NCBI RefSeq assembly: GCF_006345805.1
Contig: NC_043015.1
Location: 32,612,001 to 32,676,000 of the forward strand
DNA length: 64,000 bases
Direction: 5' to 3'
From: Octopus sinensis
Taxonomy: Eukaryota
This document shows positions 25,789 to 39,458 of this stretch, piece after piece. The translations under genes and the position numbers were made by a program. The notes beneath the pieces were generated by a model. That model saw only the letters and a list, made by a program, of their open reading frames with translations. It searched no databases and had not been told where the DNA came from. Numbering within the stretch: the stretch's first letter is position 1; each line of letters opens with the position of its first letter.

Positions 25789-27291
25789 TCTTTTGATCTT
25801 AGGTAGGGACTGAAAAAAAAGAAGGTCGATAGCGTTCATATTTGAATTTCGAATAGTGCCATTTTAGGAAACTGTCTACAGTAACGAAGCTTGGGGTCGT
25901 GTCGAAGGGAAAGTACACAGGGTCACGCTTTTAGGTGTGTGTTTGGGAGGTGGGATGGAATTTTGATTCTGGTGTAGAAGCTTGTGTAACATGTATTGGC
26001 TGTACTTCCGAGGTGGGGGTACGCAACCCACTCAAGAGTTGCACTGAGCATCCCACACTCTAACAACGCCCCTAACTGTTGGTCCTACAGAACTCAATAT
26101 TGATAAATACGATTACATCAACACCAGTATGTGAGAATTGTTCTCACATTTTTGGTATCTTTCATATTTTCTACACAAACACATAGACACATACAAACAG
26201 ATATATTCTTTTAAGGAGTTAAAATTCAAATATAGCGATAAAATATCGAATAAAATATCCATTAAGAGGGAAAAAAATTGAACCGGATTATCTTCATAAA
26301 TAAAACCACGCATCTGCCACAGACCAGACGACCGCGATAATCCCTACACCAGAGAGATTCTGAAAACTTTCACCTATTCAATTAGAAGCTTTAACTGTAA
26401 AAGGTAGAACCAATGTGCTTAATGCCAGATTATTGCAGAATATATATCTACATTTCCTTTGGGACTGGAGTCCAGATTGTCTCTGGGGTTGTTCCTCTTG
26501 TTCTTTTGAAACTAAAGGTATGTACACAACAGTGACAGTATTTTACCCATGGCGATTTAACAGTTAAAAATCACAACGGTATTTTCTCAAGCTGGTAGGT
26601 CTGCATGCTGTACGTCTGTAGTTAGATCGACTCCGAATTCCTTCTGAGGACTACAAAGTGGTCGGTCACTGTGTGTCAGCGTGAGAAGATATTGCCTAGG
26701 GTTTGGTTTTGGAGAGGATATGTACTGACTGGGAAACACTGGGCAACTTCTTTTGCACTGCTGTGATCCAGCCGTGAAAAGCAAAAAGCAGGAAAATGAC
26801 AAGCACACCCATCACACTTTCTGACACAATAGATGCATTATGCGTGTAGACACGTGCATATGTATACACACGAAGGCATATATATACATACACGTACACA
26901 TACTCACCCACACACATACATGTATGTATATTTATATATGCATACATATGTATTTATATAAATACATCTACACACACGTATACATGTACACAAAAATATA
27001 TATACATGTATGTATACACACACACGTACGCGTATATATGTATACATATATATACTCACTCATATATATGTATAGATACATACACACATATACGTTTGTA
27101 TATAAATTCCTATATATATGCGTGTATATATATGTATATACATATATTTATATGTATATATGTATATATATATGTGTGTGTGTATTTATACATGTATATT
27201 TATGTGTGCCTGTGCAAATATATATATGTGTGTGTATATGTGTATATATGTATATATATATATTATACATACATACATAGGTATGTATGTG

Positions 27292-27353
<62 letters not shown>

Positions 27354-27706
27354 CATATATACATATATATATATATACATACACACACCACACACACACA
27401 TATATATATAAGCCTTCGGTGTACGTAGCATTATTCTTCTTGAGTGCAAAGTCATGTGCATTTCGGTGCAGTGCTTTGAATGAAGAGTTAATGAAAACAA
27501 CCGCAGGACGCCTTTTCTGGAGTACAATGTCTTGATGTATGGACTCTAGCCACTGTCACGGCTACCCTTATGCCACCCGGTTTAACTCTGGCTCACATTT
27601 GAAGAATGGAAACAACGCAATAAGAGAACACCTGTGTCTATATCACGTCATCAACTGTACGTAGCTATTCCCTCTTCCTTCTTTCGCCACCAACGTCAGC
27701 GCCATC

Positions 27707-28350
27707 GTGACCACCACCATTGCAGCCACCACCGCCATTACCACCGCAATCCACCACCACCACCACCACTACCAACGACCACGATCACTACCACGACCAC
27801 GACGACCACCACCACACCACTACCACTACTACAACCACGACCACCACTACCACGACCACCACCACCACTTAGATCACCACCACCACCACCACCACCGTTA
27901 CCACTACTACCACCACTACTACCACCACCACGACCACCACCACAACCACCACTACGACGACGACCACCATCACGACGACCACCACCACGACCACCACCAT
28001 CACCACCACCACCACCACCACCACCACCACCATTACCACTACTAACACCACAACCACGACCACGACCACGACCACGACTACGACCATCACCATCACCACC
28101 ATCACCATCATCATCATCATCATCATCACCACCGCTACCAAAACCACCAGCTCCACTACCATTATTAGTTCTACATCCACAATTACAACCACTCCTGCAT
28201 CACCACCATCGTCACTACCATTGTGACCACCACCACCACCACTATTAGAACTGTTCCTACTACCACATTTATCGCTGTCTCAAACTACTATCACTATCAA
28301 CAACAGCAACACATTCACCACTACTTCAACCACCTCCACAACTACCACTA
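27707..28350. repeat. Cryptic (ACC/ACG/ACT/ATC)n trinucleotide array
   Basis: Read directly; the ORFs here are poly-T/P/H artefacts. Confidence 0.9.
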
Positions 28351-28351
28351 C

Positions 28352-28582
28352 CTATTTCTTTATTACCCACAAGGGGCTGAACACAGAGGGGACAAACATG
28401 GACAGACATAGGTATTAAGTCGATTACATCGACACCAGTGCGTAACTGGTACTTAATTTATCGACCCCGAAAGGATGAAAGGCAAAGTCGACCTCGGCGG
28501 AATTTGAACTCACAACGTAACGGCAGACGAAATACCGCTAAGCATTTCGCCCGGCGTGCTAACGCTTCTGCCAGCTCACCAC
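28352..28582 (-). mobile_element. Full-length SINE family A
   Basis: Near-consensus copy. Confidence 0.9.
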
Positions 28583-29090
28583 CTTATAACACCACCACTA
28601 CCGCCATCTTCACCACTACCGCCATCTTCACCACCACCACCACCACCACCACCACCACCACCACCACCACCACCACCACCACCACCACCACCACCACCAC
28701 CACCATTATCACCATCATTATCACCAACGTCTCTATCCCACCATAGAGTACACCAAACTACCACTGCAACACCGGCCACACCACACGACACGACCAACAC
28801 TAAGGTCACTGCACCAGTACCATCATCTTTGCCACCAGACCGATGTAGGCGTTTTTCATTGTCATTGCGGCCTACTAGAAATAGCAGCTATATTCACCAA
28901 ACACTATATCTTACTGTTTTAAAATACAACGCACACATTGCATAATGTAGACCTGGATGATTTACCTAAAAGTAGGATGAAATAATCATGGATGGAACGC
29001 TTTGACCATTGGTTTACTTGATCAATGTTTATCTGGGGTCAATAAACTACAAAGTCAAGTATAACGGTACTACTAATAGCAGCAGATGAG

Positions 29091-29530
29091 GGGCGGCGGG
29101 TGAGCTGGCAGAATCATTAGCACGCCGGGCGAAATGCTTTGTGGTACTTCATCCGCCGCTGCGTTCTGAGTTCAAATTCCGCCGAGGTTGGCTTTGCCTT
29201 TCATCCTTTCGGGGTCGACAAATTAAGTACCAGTCACGCACTGGAGTCGATGTAATCCACTTAATCCGTTTGTCTATCCTTGTTTGTCCCCTCTATGTTT
29301 AGCCCCTTGTGGGTAATAAAGAAATAAGAAACATTAGCATGCCGAGATATATAGTTAGAGACATTTTGTCCGTCTTTACTTTCTAGGTTCAAATGCCGCC
29401 GGGGTCGACTTTGCCCTTCATCCTTCCGGAGTCGATGAAATAAGTACCAATTGCACATTGGGGATCGATGTAATCGATTTAGCTCTACCCCACCACCAAC
29501 CTGATCGCTTTATGCCAAAATTGAGAGCAG
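29091..29530 (+). mobile_element. SINE family A, young copy followed by an older copy lacking its 5' tip
   Basis: Young copy ends AAAGAAATAAG at about 29327; an older copy resumes at ACATTAGCATGCCG. Confidence 0.8.
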
Positions 29531-30061
29531 TACTAACAGATCACACATATACATACCGGTAGCATTTCCCTCTCCTCACTCAAATGGCTGTATACAGACG
29601 CGTAGACACAGTTACAAGATCACACACAAATGTAAAGACTCTCTCTCGCTCTGTCTACCCGTCTGACTCTCTCTTTCTCACTCTGTCCCTCTCTGACTCT
29701 CATCTCTCTCTGTCTGTCTCTCTCTCTCTCTGACTCTCTCTCTTTCTCTATCACACATATACATACATACATTCACATAGGGAGGTGTACTGAGAAACCT
29801 CTGATACGCACACATCACGCACAGGTATTTACACCAAATACAGCTCCAAGACACCAGAGACGGACTAAGTTACACACAATACACACACACACACACACAC
29901 ACACTCACACACACTCACACACGTATACATACACAAAAGATACACACATATACACAGAGATACACATATATCTATATCTATCCATCTATCTACCTACCTA
30001 CCTACCTACCTATCTATCTATCTATCTATCATCTATCTATCTATATCTATCTATCTATCTA

Positions 30062-30114
<53 letters not shown>

Positions 30115-30257
30115 TATATATACACACACATTATATATGTGTGTGTGTGTGGCAGTGTATAGAGATAGAAGGTAAAGTGAACGAGAGAGAGAGAGAGAGA
30201 AAGAGAAAACCACCCATATGCTCACAATGCATGCAATTTCCCATATTACTGCCTCAA

Positions 30258-30280
<23 letters not shown>

Positions 30281-30289
<9 letters not shown>

Positions 30290-30809
30290 ACACAGAAGGA
30301 TACAAAAATCTCATCTGTACACATGTACAGACACATGCACACAAGCAGACAAAAGTAGGTATGTGCACACACATGCACACATGCGCACAAGCACATACAT
30401 GTCCTATAACACAGATCGTCGCAACAATAGCTAGCAACACCACAATCACAACCACCGCCACCACCACTACCAACACCAATAGCAACAGGAGCAACACTAC
30501 CAGCACCAAATCCAACACCACCCCTTTTACTCCGCCTCCATTACACCTACAACCACCACTTCCAGTGGCACCGACAACAGCACCATCACCACCACTACTA
30601 CCACCACCTGTACGCAATAAAGAAATGGGTCCATAAAAACAAATCCGATATCCAGCACCCTTGCAGCAGCAGCAGCAACAGCAGCAGAAACAACAACAGC
30701 AACAACAACAATTGAAGTCGTCAGTTTATTACCCAGTAATGACAGGCAGGCATGACCACCATAGCTGAATTATCCATACAGCTTTAGGATAGACCACTTA
30801 CTCAGTAAG

Positions 30810-30853
<44 letters not shown>

Positions 30854-31430
30854 ACACAACACACACACACACAAACACAACACATACACACACAGAAGGA
30901 TACAAAAATCTCATCTGTACACATGTACAGACACATGCACAAGCAGACAAAAGTAGGTATGTGCACAACATGCACACGCATGCACACATGCGCACAAGCA
31001 CATACATGTCCTAAACACAGATCGTCTCAAACAATAGCTAGCAACACCACAATCACAACCACGGCCACCACCACTACCAACACCAATAGCAACAGGAGCA
31101 ACACTACCAGCCAGCACCAAATCCAACACCACCGCTTTTACTCCGCCTCCATTACACCTACAACCACCACTTCCAGTGGCACCGACAACAGCACCATCAC
31201 CACCACTACTACCACCACCTGTACGCATAAAGAAATGGGTCCATAAAAACAAATCCGATATCCAGCACCCTTGCAGCAGCAGCAGCAACAGCAGCAGAGA
31301 AGAAACAACAACAGCAACAACAACATTGAAGTCGTCAGTTTATTACCCAGTAATGACAGGCAGGCATGACCACCATAGCTGAATTATCCATACAGCTTTA
31401 GGATAGACCACACTTACTCAGTAAGATTAC
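30281..31430. repeat. ~600-bp direct tandem duplication
   Basis: Units at 30281-30814 and 30881-31430 are near-identical, differing mostly by 1-2 bp indels. Confidence 0.95.
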
Positions 31431-31509
31431 AACACACACACACACACACCCACACACACACACACAACACACCGCACACACACACACGCACAGCACACAC
31501 CCACACACA

Positions 31510-31932
31510 CATATATATATATATTAATATATATACGTTAGGATTCTTTCAGTTTCTTATTTCTTTACTGCCCACAAGGGGCTAAACACAGAGGGGACAA
31601 ACAAGGACAGTCAAAGGCATTAAGTCGATTACATCGGCCCCAGTGTGTAACTGGTACTTAATTTATCGACCCCGAAAGGATGAAAGGCAAAGTCGACCTC
31701 GGCGGAATTTGAACTCAGAACGTAACGGCAGACGAAATATGGCTACACATTTCGCCCAGCGTGCTAACGTTTCTACCAGCTCGCCGCCCTTCAGTTTCCA
31801 TCGACCATATCCATGGAGTAGGCTTTGGTCGGCCCGTGTGTATGGTAGAAGACACTTGCCCAAGTTGCCACGCAGTGGGAATGAACCCAGAATGATCTGC
31901 TTGGGGAGCAAATTACTCACCACACAGCCAAG
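31510..31932 (-). mobile_element. SINE family B interrupted by SINE family A (31557-31789)
   Basis: 9-bp duplication TTCAGTTTC at 31548-31556 and 31790-31798 flanks the A copy. Confidence 0.85.
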
Positions 31933-33009
31933 CCTGCACCTACTATAAGCCTCGGGTCGACTGTAACCTTGTGAGGGGTTTTTTTTTCTGTCCTTTTGCA
32001 AAATTCAAGTCAGTTTCGCTAATAAAATGAGAAGGCTCTTGTTGACGTCAAGATAAAACAGCTAATTGGGTTTGAGGATATAACAACTGGTTGTTGTGTA
32101 CACGTTTCCTGTTTCTATGCATTAGCGAGTTAGGAAATCTGCGTAAATGCATTTGGGTTCGCGAGCCTGTGTATGTGTGTGCGTGTGTTCACGTGTGTGT
32201 GTGCGTACGCGCGTGCACGTGTGTGTCTGCATATTCCACATGTCAGTGTGCTGGTGTGCTTCTAATTAAACCAGAAACCACAAATGGAGAATCTTAGAAG
32301 CATTTTCCGAAGTTTCATTGTACCACTAATTGAAAGTTTTCGGAAAAATGAGAATCGGTTTGCTTTGCTTTTCTTGTCTGAAGACCTCCAGTAATTCCAG
32401 GCTTTAATGCAAATTTGCTGTAACGTAGACCAGTGCATCTTTGATTACAGGAACAAACGAAAGTCTGCAGAATGGATATAAGAGCCGTAGTTTTCTCATT
32501 AGTTCTCTATAGATGTTTACTTTCGCCAATTTTTCTCGAAACATTCACATCCTCCGTATATCTGATCTCCCCTACAGTGCATGACTTTTGCTCTATCTTA
32601 TAGAACCATATCTGATCTATTGTGCTTATACTGAGTCGCAGTTTCTATTGTAATAGTCCACATGTATGTACCTTATACATTTAAATCGTTTCAGTCATTG
32701 AACTACGGCCATACTGGGGCAACGCTTTGAAGAATTTTAATTGAATGAATCAACCGCAGTACTTATTTCTTATATGTTATTAAGACAACTTATCTGTTGC
32801 ATACGGTTCTTTTTTTTTCTCTTAAAGTAAATTCCCAGGTAAACAGTTCCAATAGAAAGGCAGAAGATACCAGATGTAAAAATAAGGAATACACACGCAC
32901 AGTTAAATAGAGAAGTGTAAAGTATAATTTGCTACAGAATCTCTATAATAAACCTGATATGGAATGATACTCCGTTTTAACTGTTTCATTATGTGTGTGT
33001 GTGTGTGTG

Positions 33010-33560
33010 TGTGTAAGGACACTGAGAATAAGCATGCCACCCTCTTATGCTTTTTTTTCTTTTTCTACGGATTCCGACCTTGTCTCCAACGGAAATTCTG
33101 AATATGCAAAAAAATCTAATTTTAAGCCTTTTAATACATCCCCTCCTTAACTTTTCAATTTTCCCCCCTGAAATTTTACGACGAGGGTTAAGGGTTATAT
33201 ACGGATGCACAAACGCATAAAACGGAGAGACTGAAAGAAATATGGACGACTTGTTACCCCCCCCCCCCAGTGGGGAACAGTTCGCAAAAATAACCCTTAA
33301 TTGTTTTTCCCCAAAGTCCTATTTGCTCGGAGTTTACACAGTCCGAGGTATATTTGCAGACAATTTCATTAAAAAATATCCATTTTCCTGAAAGTTAAGA
33401 CGAATGAAAGTGGACTCCGGTGAATTTTCCGAAAATCCTTCATACTCCCTCCTAAAGTCGTTTTCCCACAAACATTTTGTATATTCGGAATCTACATAAT
33501 ATAACACATATTCGCAGAAAATTTCATTAAAAAATACTCATTTTTCTGAAAGTTATCATC
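33010..33560. repeat. Unclassified interspersed repeat with ~160-bp internal sub-repeat
   Basis: The module ATTTGCAGA.AATTTCATTAAAAAATA.CCATTTT.CTGAAAGTT occurs twice (about 33350 and 33510) and again in the 4.3-4.85 kb palindrome. Confidence 0.55.
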
Positions 33561-33592
33561 ATTCAAATTCGGGAACGAGGGGACAGAAAGCC

Positions 33593-34066
33593 TGTGGTGA
33601 GATGGTACCAACTGTCAATGATCTCATAATGCATGTGCTCCCAAACATTGCACAAAACTTTAGCAACAGTCAATGGCTCTGTGACCGAGTCATCTTAGAT
33701 CCACGTAATGATGCCGTCGACAAAATCAACTGAGACCTCTTGCAGCTGTTGCCCGGACAAGAACAGTCTTTCAAATCCTTCGACACTGTCACTGATCAGG
33801 ACTAGACTGGAGTTTTCCCAGCTGAATTCCTGAACTCTCAACACAGCCATCCGGGATGCTACCTCATCACTTAACACTTAAAAATGGGCCCCAATCATGC
33901 TACTCAGGAAATCTGGTTCCACCTCGTCTGTGCAAATGCGATGCGACCCCATTTACTAGAGGCAACAACTATGACTGGAAACTATAAGGGTGAGGATGTC
34001 TTCATTCCACGGATCCCGTTAATCCCATAGGATCTCTCCTTTGAATTTAAACTGTTCCAGTTCCCA
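33593..34066 (+). mobile_element. Helitron PIF1-like helicase fragment (pseudogenised)
   Basis: CGEMVPTVNDLIMHVLPNIAQNFSNSQWLCDRVILDPRNDAVDKIN*DLLQLLPG..FKSFDTV..FPAEFLNS..PSGMLPHHLTLK..PIMLLRNL.PPRLCN..EDVFIPRIPLIP*DLSFEFKLFQFP, characteristic of the Helitron Rep/Hel PIF1 domain. Confidence 0.9.
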
Positions 34067-34161
34067 ACAACTCCATCATCATCATCATCATCACTATTAT
34101 GAACATTAGCATCAACATCATGATTATGATCAGGATAATGATGATGATCATCATCATCACT

Positions 34162-34192
<31 letters not shown>

Positions 34193-34701
34193 TCATTATG
34201 AGCTATGCCTACATGAAGACCAATATGTGTGGGTGTGTATTTTATGTAATAGGGATTTACAGGGCGAGAAAGAGAGATAAACAGAAAAAGTAGGAGAGAG
34301 AAAGACACAGAGAAAAGGAGAAGGGGAAGGAAGGACGGAAAGAAAGAGAGAAGGAGAAAGACAGAGAATGAAGGAGAGGAGGAGGTGAGGAGAGAGTATA
34401 TGAGGGAGGGTATGAGTAAGAAGAATCGAATCCTTGATGAATTAACCAGTTTGAGATGATTGAAAGCTCTTAGAATAGCAGAAGCTTATTGATACAATAT
34501 AACTAACTCGGCACAAATATATGTGTATGTGTGTGCATGTGTGTGTGTGTGTTTGTGTGTGAGTGTGTGTGGTTTAATGTAGGTGTGTGCGTGAGTTTAT
34601 ATAAAATTACAATTTTTTTTATATACACAGAAATAAGCATATACATTACATGTAGAAAAAGTATGTAATATGTGTGTATGTATAGATTTATAATATATAT
34701 T

Positions 34702-34741
<40 letters not shown>

Positions 34742-35106
34742 TGTATATATGTATTTATATATATATAATATATATATATGCATGTATATATGTATATATA
34801 TATATATAATATATTATATATATATATTATATATGCATATATACATATATACATATAATAGATACATAGATAGACAGATAGGCAGATAGATAGATAAATA
34901 AATAGGTAGACAGACACATGAAATGAAAATAAACACATACATAGAATGCTGTACCAAATCACACATTCATACAAAGACTCCCTTCCCTTATATACTCATA
35001 TATGCTCACATGTATATATGAATTTATGTGAGTCGTTACACCCCCCTCACACACACTCATGTACACATGTGCATGTACACACACACGGTCACACACACAC
35101 TGTCAC

Positions 35107-35139
<33 letters not shown>

Positions 35140-35697
35140 TATACGTATATCTTTTTAGGAAGTTAAAAGTTATGGCCGGTCAGAATTTGCTTCTTTTACG
35201 GATATATGAACTACTGACGACACACAACACACACACACACACACACAAACACACGTATACACACGTAATATATACGTACACACATGCACACATACCTGAC
35301 TATATGCTTACATACATAATACATGCATACATACATAGATACATACATGCATGCATACATACATACATACATACATACATACATACACACGCGCCCACAC
35401 ACACACACGTGCCCGAACACACACACACAAAACGTAGCATCACGTTAATTGTCGAAACAGGTGACAAATATATCTTGCTAGAAACTAAGAGACTGTCAAA
35501 AGTCGTGCTGTGTGTGATATAACAAACCATTAAGAAGCAACTTGTATATCTCCGCCTCAACAGAAACCCTCTGGCACTGTCCTCCTCTCCTCTCAACTAT
35601 TATTACTGGACAACGGCCATTTTCAGAACTACACACATCATTGTTTCAAGTATAATACACACACACGTGTGCGTAAATACATACTATACATACATAT

Positions 35698-35749
<52 letters not shown>

Positions 35750-36243
35750 GTGTGTGTGTGTGTGTTATATATATGTATATATATATATGTGTATATATAT
35801 ATATTATATGCATATATATATTATATATATATATATATATAATATGTATACATATATGTGTGTGTGTATGTATGTATATATATATATGTATGTATATATA
35901 TATAAAATATAAAATGCATATACGCACATACAAATGATGTAATGTATACATATATGTGTGTATATATATATATATATATAGACACACACACATGCACATA
36001 TGTATATGTATACATAAGAATAAATGTTTACAAGTGCACACACAAATATATGTATACGCATATACACTTAGATGATAATATATAATGTGAAATATAATCA
36101 CAGATACTTATGAACACGCACGTGTATGCATATACGTTAAAATTCATACATAAAATTACATTTTAAGCAAACGGAGGTATGCATAAAGCTATATTTATAC
36201 TTACTTTTCTATATGCATCCCTGTTTATATATGTCTATCTATC

Positions 36244-36321
<78 letters not shown>

Positions 36322-36491
36322 CATACCTACCTACCCACCTACCTATCTACCTACCTACCTACCTACCTACCTACCTACATACCTACCTACCTACCTACAT
36401 ACATACATATATACATACATACATACATACACACACACATACATACACACACATACATACATACATACCTATCTATCTACCTACCTACTTT

Positions 36492-36529
<38 letters not shown>

Positions 36530-37174
36530 ATCATCTCTCTTTACCTACCTTTCTTTCTATCTATCTATCATATATCTATCTATCTACCTACCTACCTAGA
36601 TAGATATATAGTATGTGAGTATGTGTATACATATAAATATATACATATATAAATACACACACACACACACATACACATATGTTCGTATATATATACATGT
36701 GTGTATGTATGTATTATGGTAGCCTATATATTCGAAAATAAACTAAACCCCCTCTCTATTAATTATAGCATCTCTCTCATATCATTTTCGTTTCAAACGT
36801 TGTTGTAGATGCAAGTGTACCGAGTTCATCTACAACATGCCGGATTTAGGATGGTTGGCGGATAAATAATTAAAGCCTGAGGTGAAACTAGCGCTAATAG
36901 GAATGTGATAGGTTGATGAAGTCAATTTGATATTTGGATATCTATTCAATTCGCCATCTTATTGTTCTTGCTGACTTATTGTTGTTGCTATTTTCGTGAT
37001 CTTGTTTTTGTTCGTCCTCGTCTGTCGCATTTAGAAATGTACGCTGCAGATTTGAGAGATTGCGCACACATGCAAATAAAGGTAGGCTTTTACACAAGAA
37101 CACAAAACACACATAGACACATGCACGCAAATACACACAGGCACACACACACACACACACACACGGACACAATC

Positions 37175-37222
<48 letters not shown>

Positions 37223-37510
37223 ACACACATATACTTATATGTTATACACATATATGTATGTATATATCTCTATATGTATCGTATATAGGTGTATATATGT
37301 CTGTATGTGTGTGTATATATATATATATATGTAAATATATATACACACACATACACACACACACAAACGCACACACATACGCACACATATATTTAGATAA
37401 ATAAACAGATAGATACATATATACATGCATGCATATTTACATACAAATATATTTAAATATTTTTTTCTATGTATATATGCATATATATGTAAATATATAT
37501 ATAATCTTTG

Positions 37511-37543
<33 letters not shown>

Positions 37544-38118
37544 TAATAATATAATATACATATATATATGTGTGTATGTGTGTGTGTGTGTGTGGATATG
37601 TGTATATATATATATATATGTATAAGTATATGTATACACGCTCACACATACGGCTTGAGAATATACACACCAGGTGATATCTCGCATTTATAGTATAAAG
37701 ATCCGAAAACAGCGATTAGCTGGTGTTTTCTACGTAACTAGAAATAAAGACGCCATTCGGAGGGTTCAAAATGCAAAAAGCAAAAACAGCAAACTTTACA
37801 TGGAAATAATTCTAAGAATATCTGCAAACGAAATTTCTAGAAATTTGATTTTTGGACATTATAGACCACTACAGGGTGTATATGGCTTCTAATTACAAAG
37901 ATAAAATCAGTTATTTTATTATTAGGTGTGTTTTTTTTTTTGCAGTTTAATAGATTAAGGATGAAAGATTTCACAATGCACCCACACGTGTATATGCTTA
38001 GATATTCAGCAAATAATGTAGTACTCAAATAGATACCCACAAATGCGTGGCCCCCATACAAGCACACCCCCAAACGCACATGCACACATACATGTATATG
38101 TGTGTATGTGTGTTTATG

Positions 38119-38157
<39 letters not shown>

Positions 38158-38189
38158 ATGACATATCTATATCTATCTATCTATGTATG

Positions 38190-38242
<53 letters not shown>

Positions 38243-38259
38243 CTATCTATCAATCTATC

Positions 38260-38301
<42 letters not shown>

Positions 38302-38337
38302 ATATCTATCTATTATATATATATATATATATATCTA

Positions 38338-38371
<34 letters not shown>

Positions 38372-38486
38372 GTAAGTATAATTTAATGAATAATAATATA
38401 CATATATATATATAGTTATATTAAGGAAGCTGGGGCGAAAACGATCTAGCATGTGCGGCTTGACTATTCTGAAATATATCTATATC

Positions 38487-38519
<33 letters not shown>

Positions 38520-38562
38520 ATATATATATATATATATGTATATATAAACAACTTATAAACAA

Positions 38563-39125
38563 GGGCAAAAGAAGAAAATTTATAATGCCAAATATGCCGA
38601 AACTAGACACATCGTCCATAACCATATAATTCATCACTATAAGCACGCGTCTCGAAGAAACCGACAGAAATTTCTAAAAAAATTCCCTTATTACCATATC
38701 GGACCCGATTTCAGAGTTAATTCTTAAGAACCTTCTCTTCGTCAGTGATAAATGCGGCAAAAATTTAATGAAATTCTTACTCATACCCATGGAAGAAGCA
38801 AACACTAAGTCATGAGCACAATTAAGTACCCCTAATATATCCAAAATAGAAATTCTCCAGCAGACTTCGAGACACGTGCAATTTGAATTGAAAACTCTAA
38901 TAGAGTGAGAGAGTCCGGAAGTGAACACTATTAAATTTACATCTAATATAGGATAAAATCTTTCGAAAAAAATGTTATCAATGGCCAGCATATTAAAAAA
39001 TACCTTTAAAGGTTAAATTTATAAACAACTCATGAACAAGTTGCTTATAGTGATGAATTATATGGTTATGGACGATGTGTCTAGTTTCGGCATATTTAGC
39101 ATTAGAAATTCTTTTTCTTTTGCCC
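38563..39125. mobile_element. MITE-like element with ~84-bp terminal inverted repeats
   Basis: 38563-38646 is the reverse complement of 39042-39125 with few mismatches. Confidence 0.7.
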
Positions 39126-39136
39126 TATAGTAAAAG

Positions 39137-39458
39137 TATTTCTTTACTACCCACAAGGGGCTAAACACAGAGGGGACAAACAAGGACAGACAAACGGATT
39201 AAGTCGATTATATCGACCCGAGTGCGTAACTAGTACTTAATTTATCGACCCCGAAAGGATGAAAGGCAAAGTCCACCTCGGCGGAATTTGAACTCAGAAC
39301 GTAACGGCAGACGAAATACGGCTATGCCTTTCGCCTGGTGTGCTAAAGTTTCTGCCAGCTCGTCGCCGACACTTGCCCAAGGTGCCACGCAGTGGGAATG
39401 AACCCAGAACCATGTAGTTGGTAAGCAAGCTACTTTTACACAGCCACTCCTGCGCCTA
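39137..39458 (-). mobile_element. SINE family B head (39370-39458) with an inserted full SINE family A (39137-39368)
   Basis: B sequence breaks at CCTTGGGCAAGTGTC and resumes as CTTTTACTATAG after the A tail. Confidence 0.85.

Noticed and set aside
38674-38991. 105-aa ORF inside the inverted-repeat element
   Set aside because: No recognisable domain; an AT-rich chance ORF.
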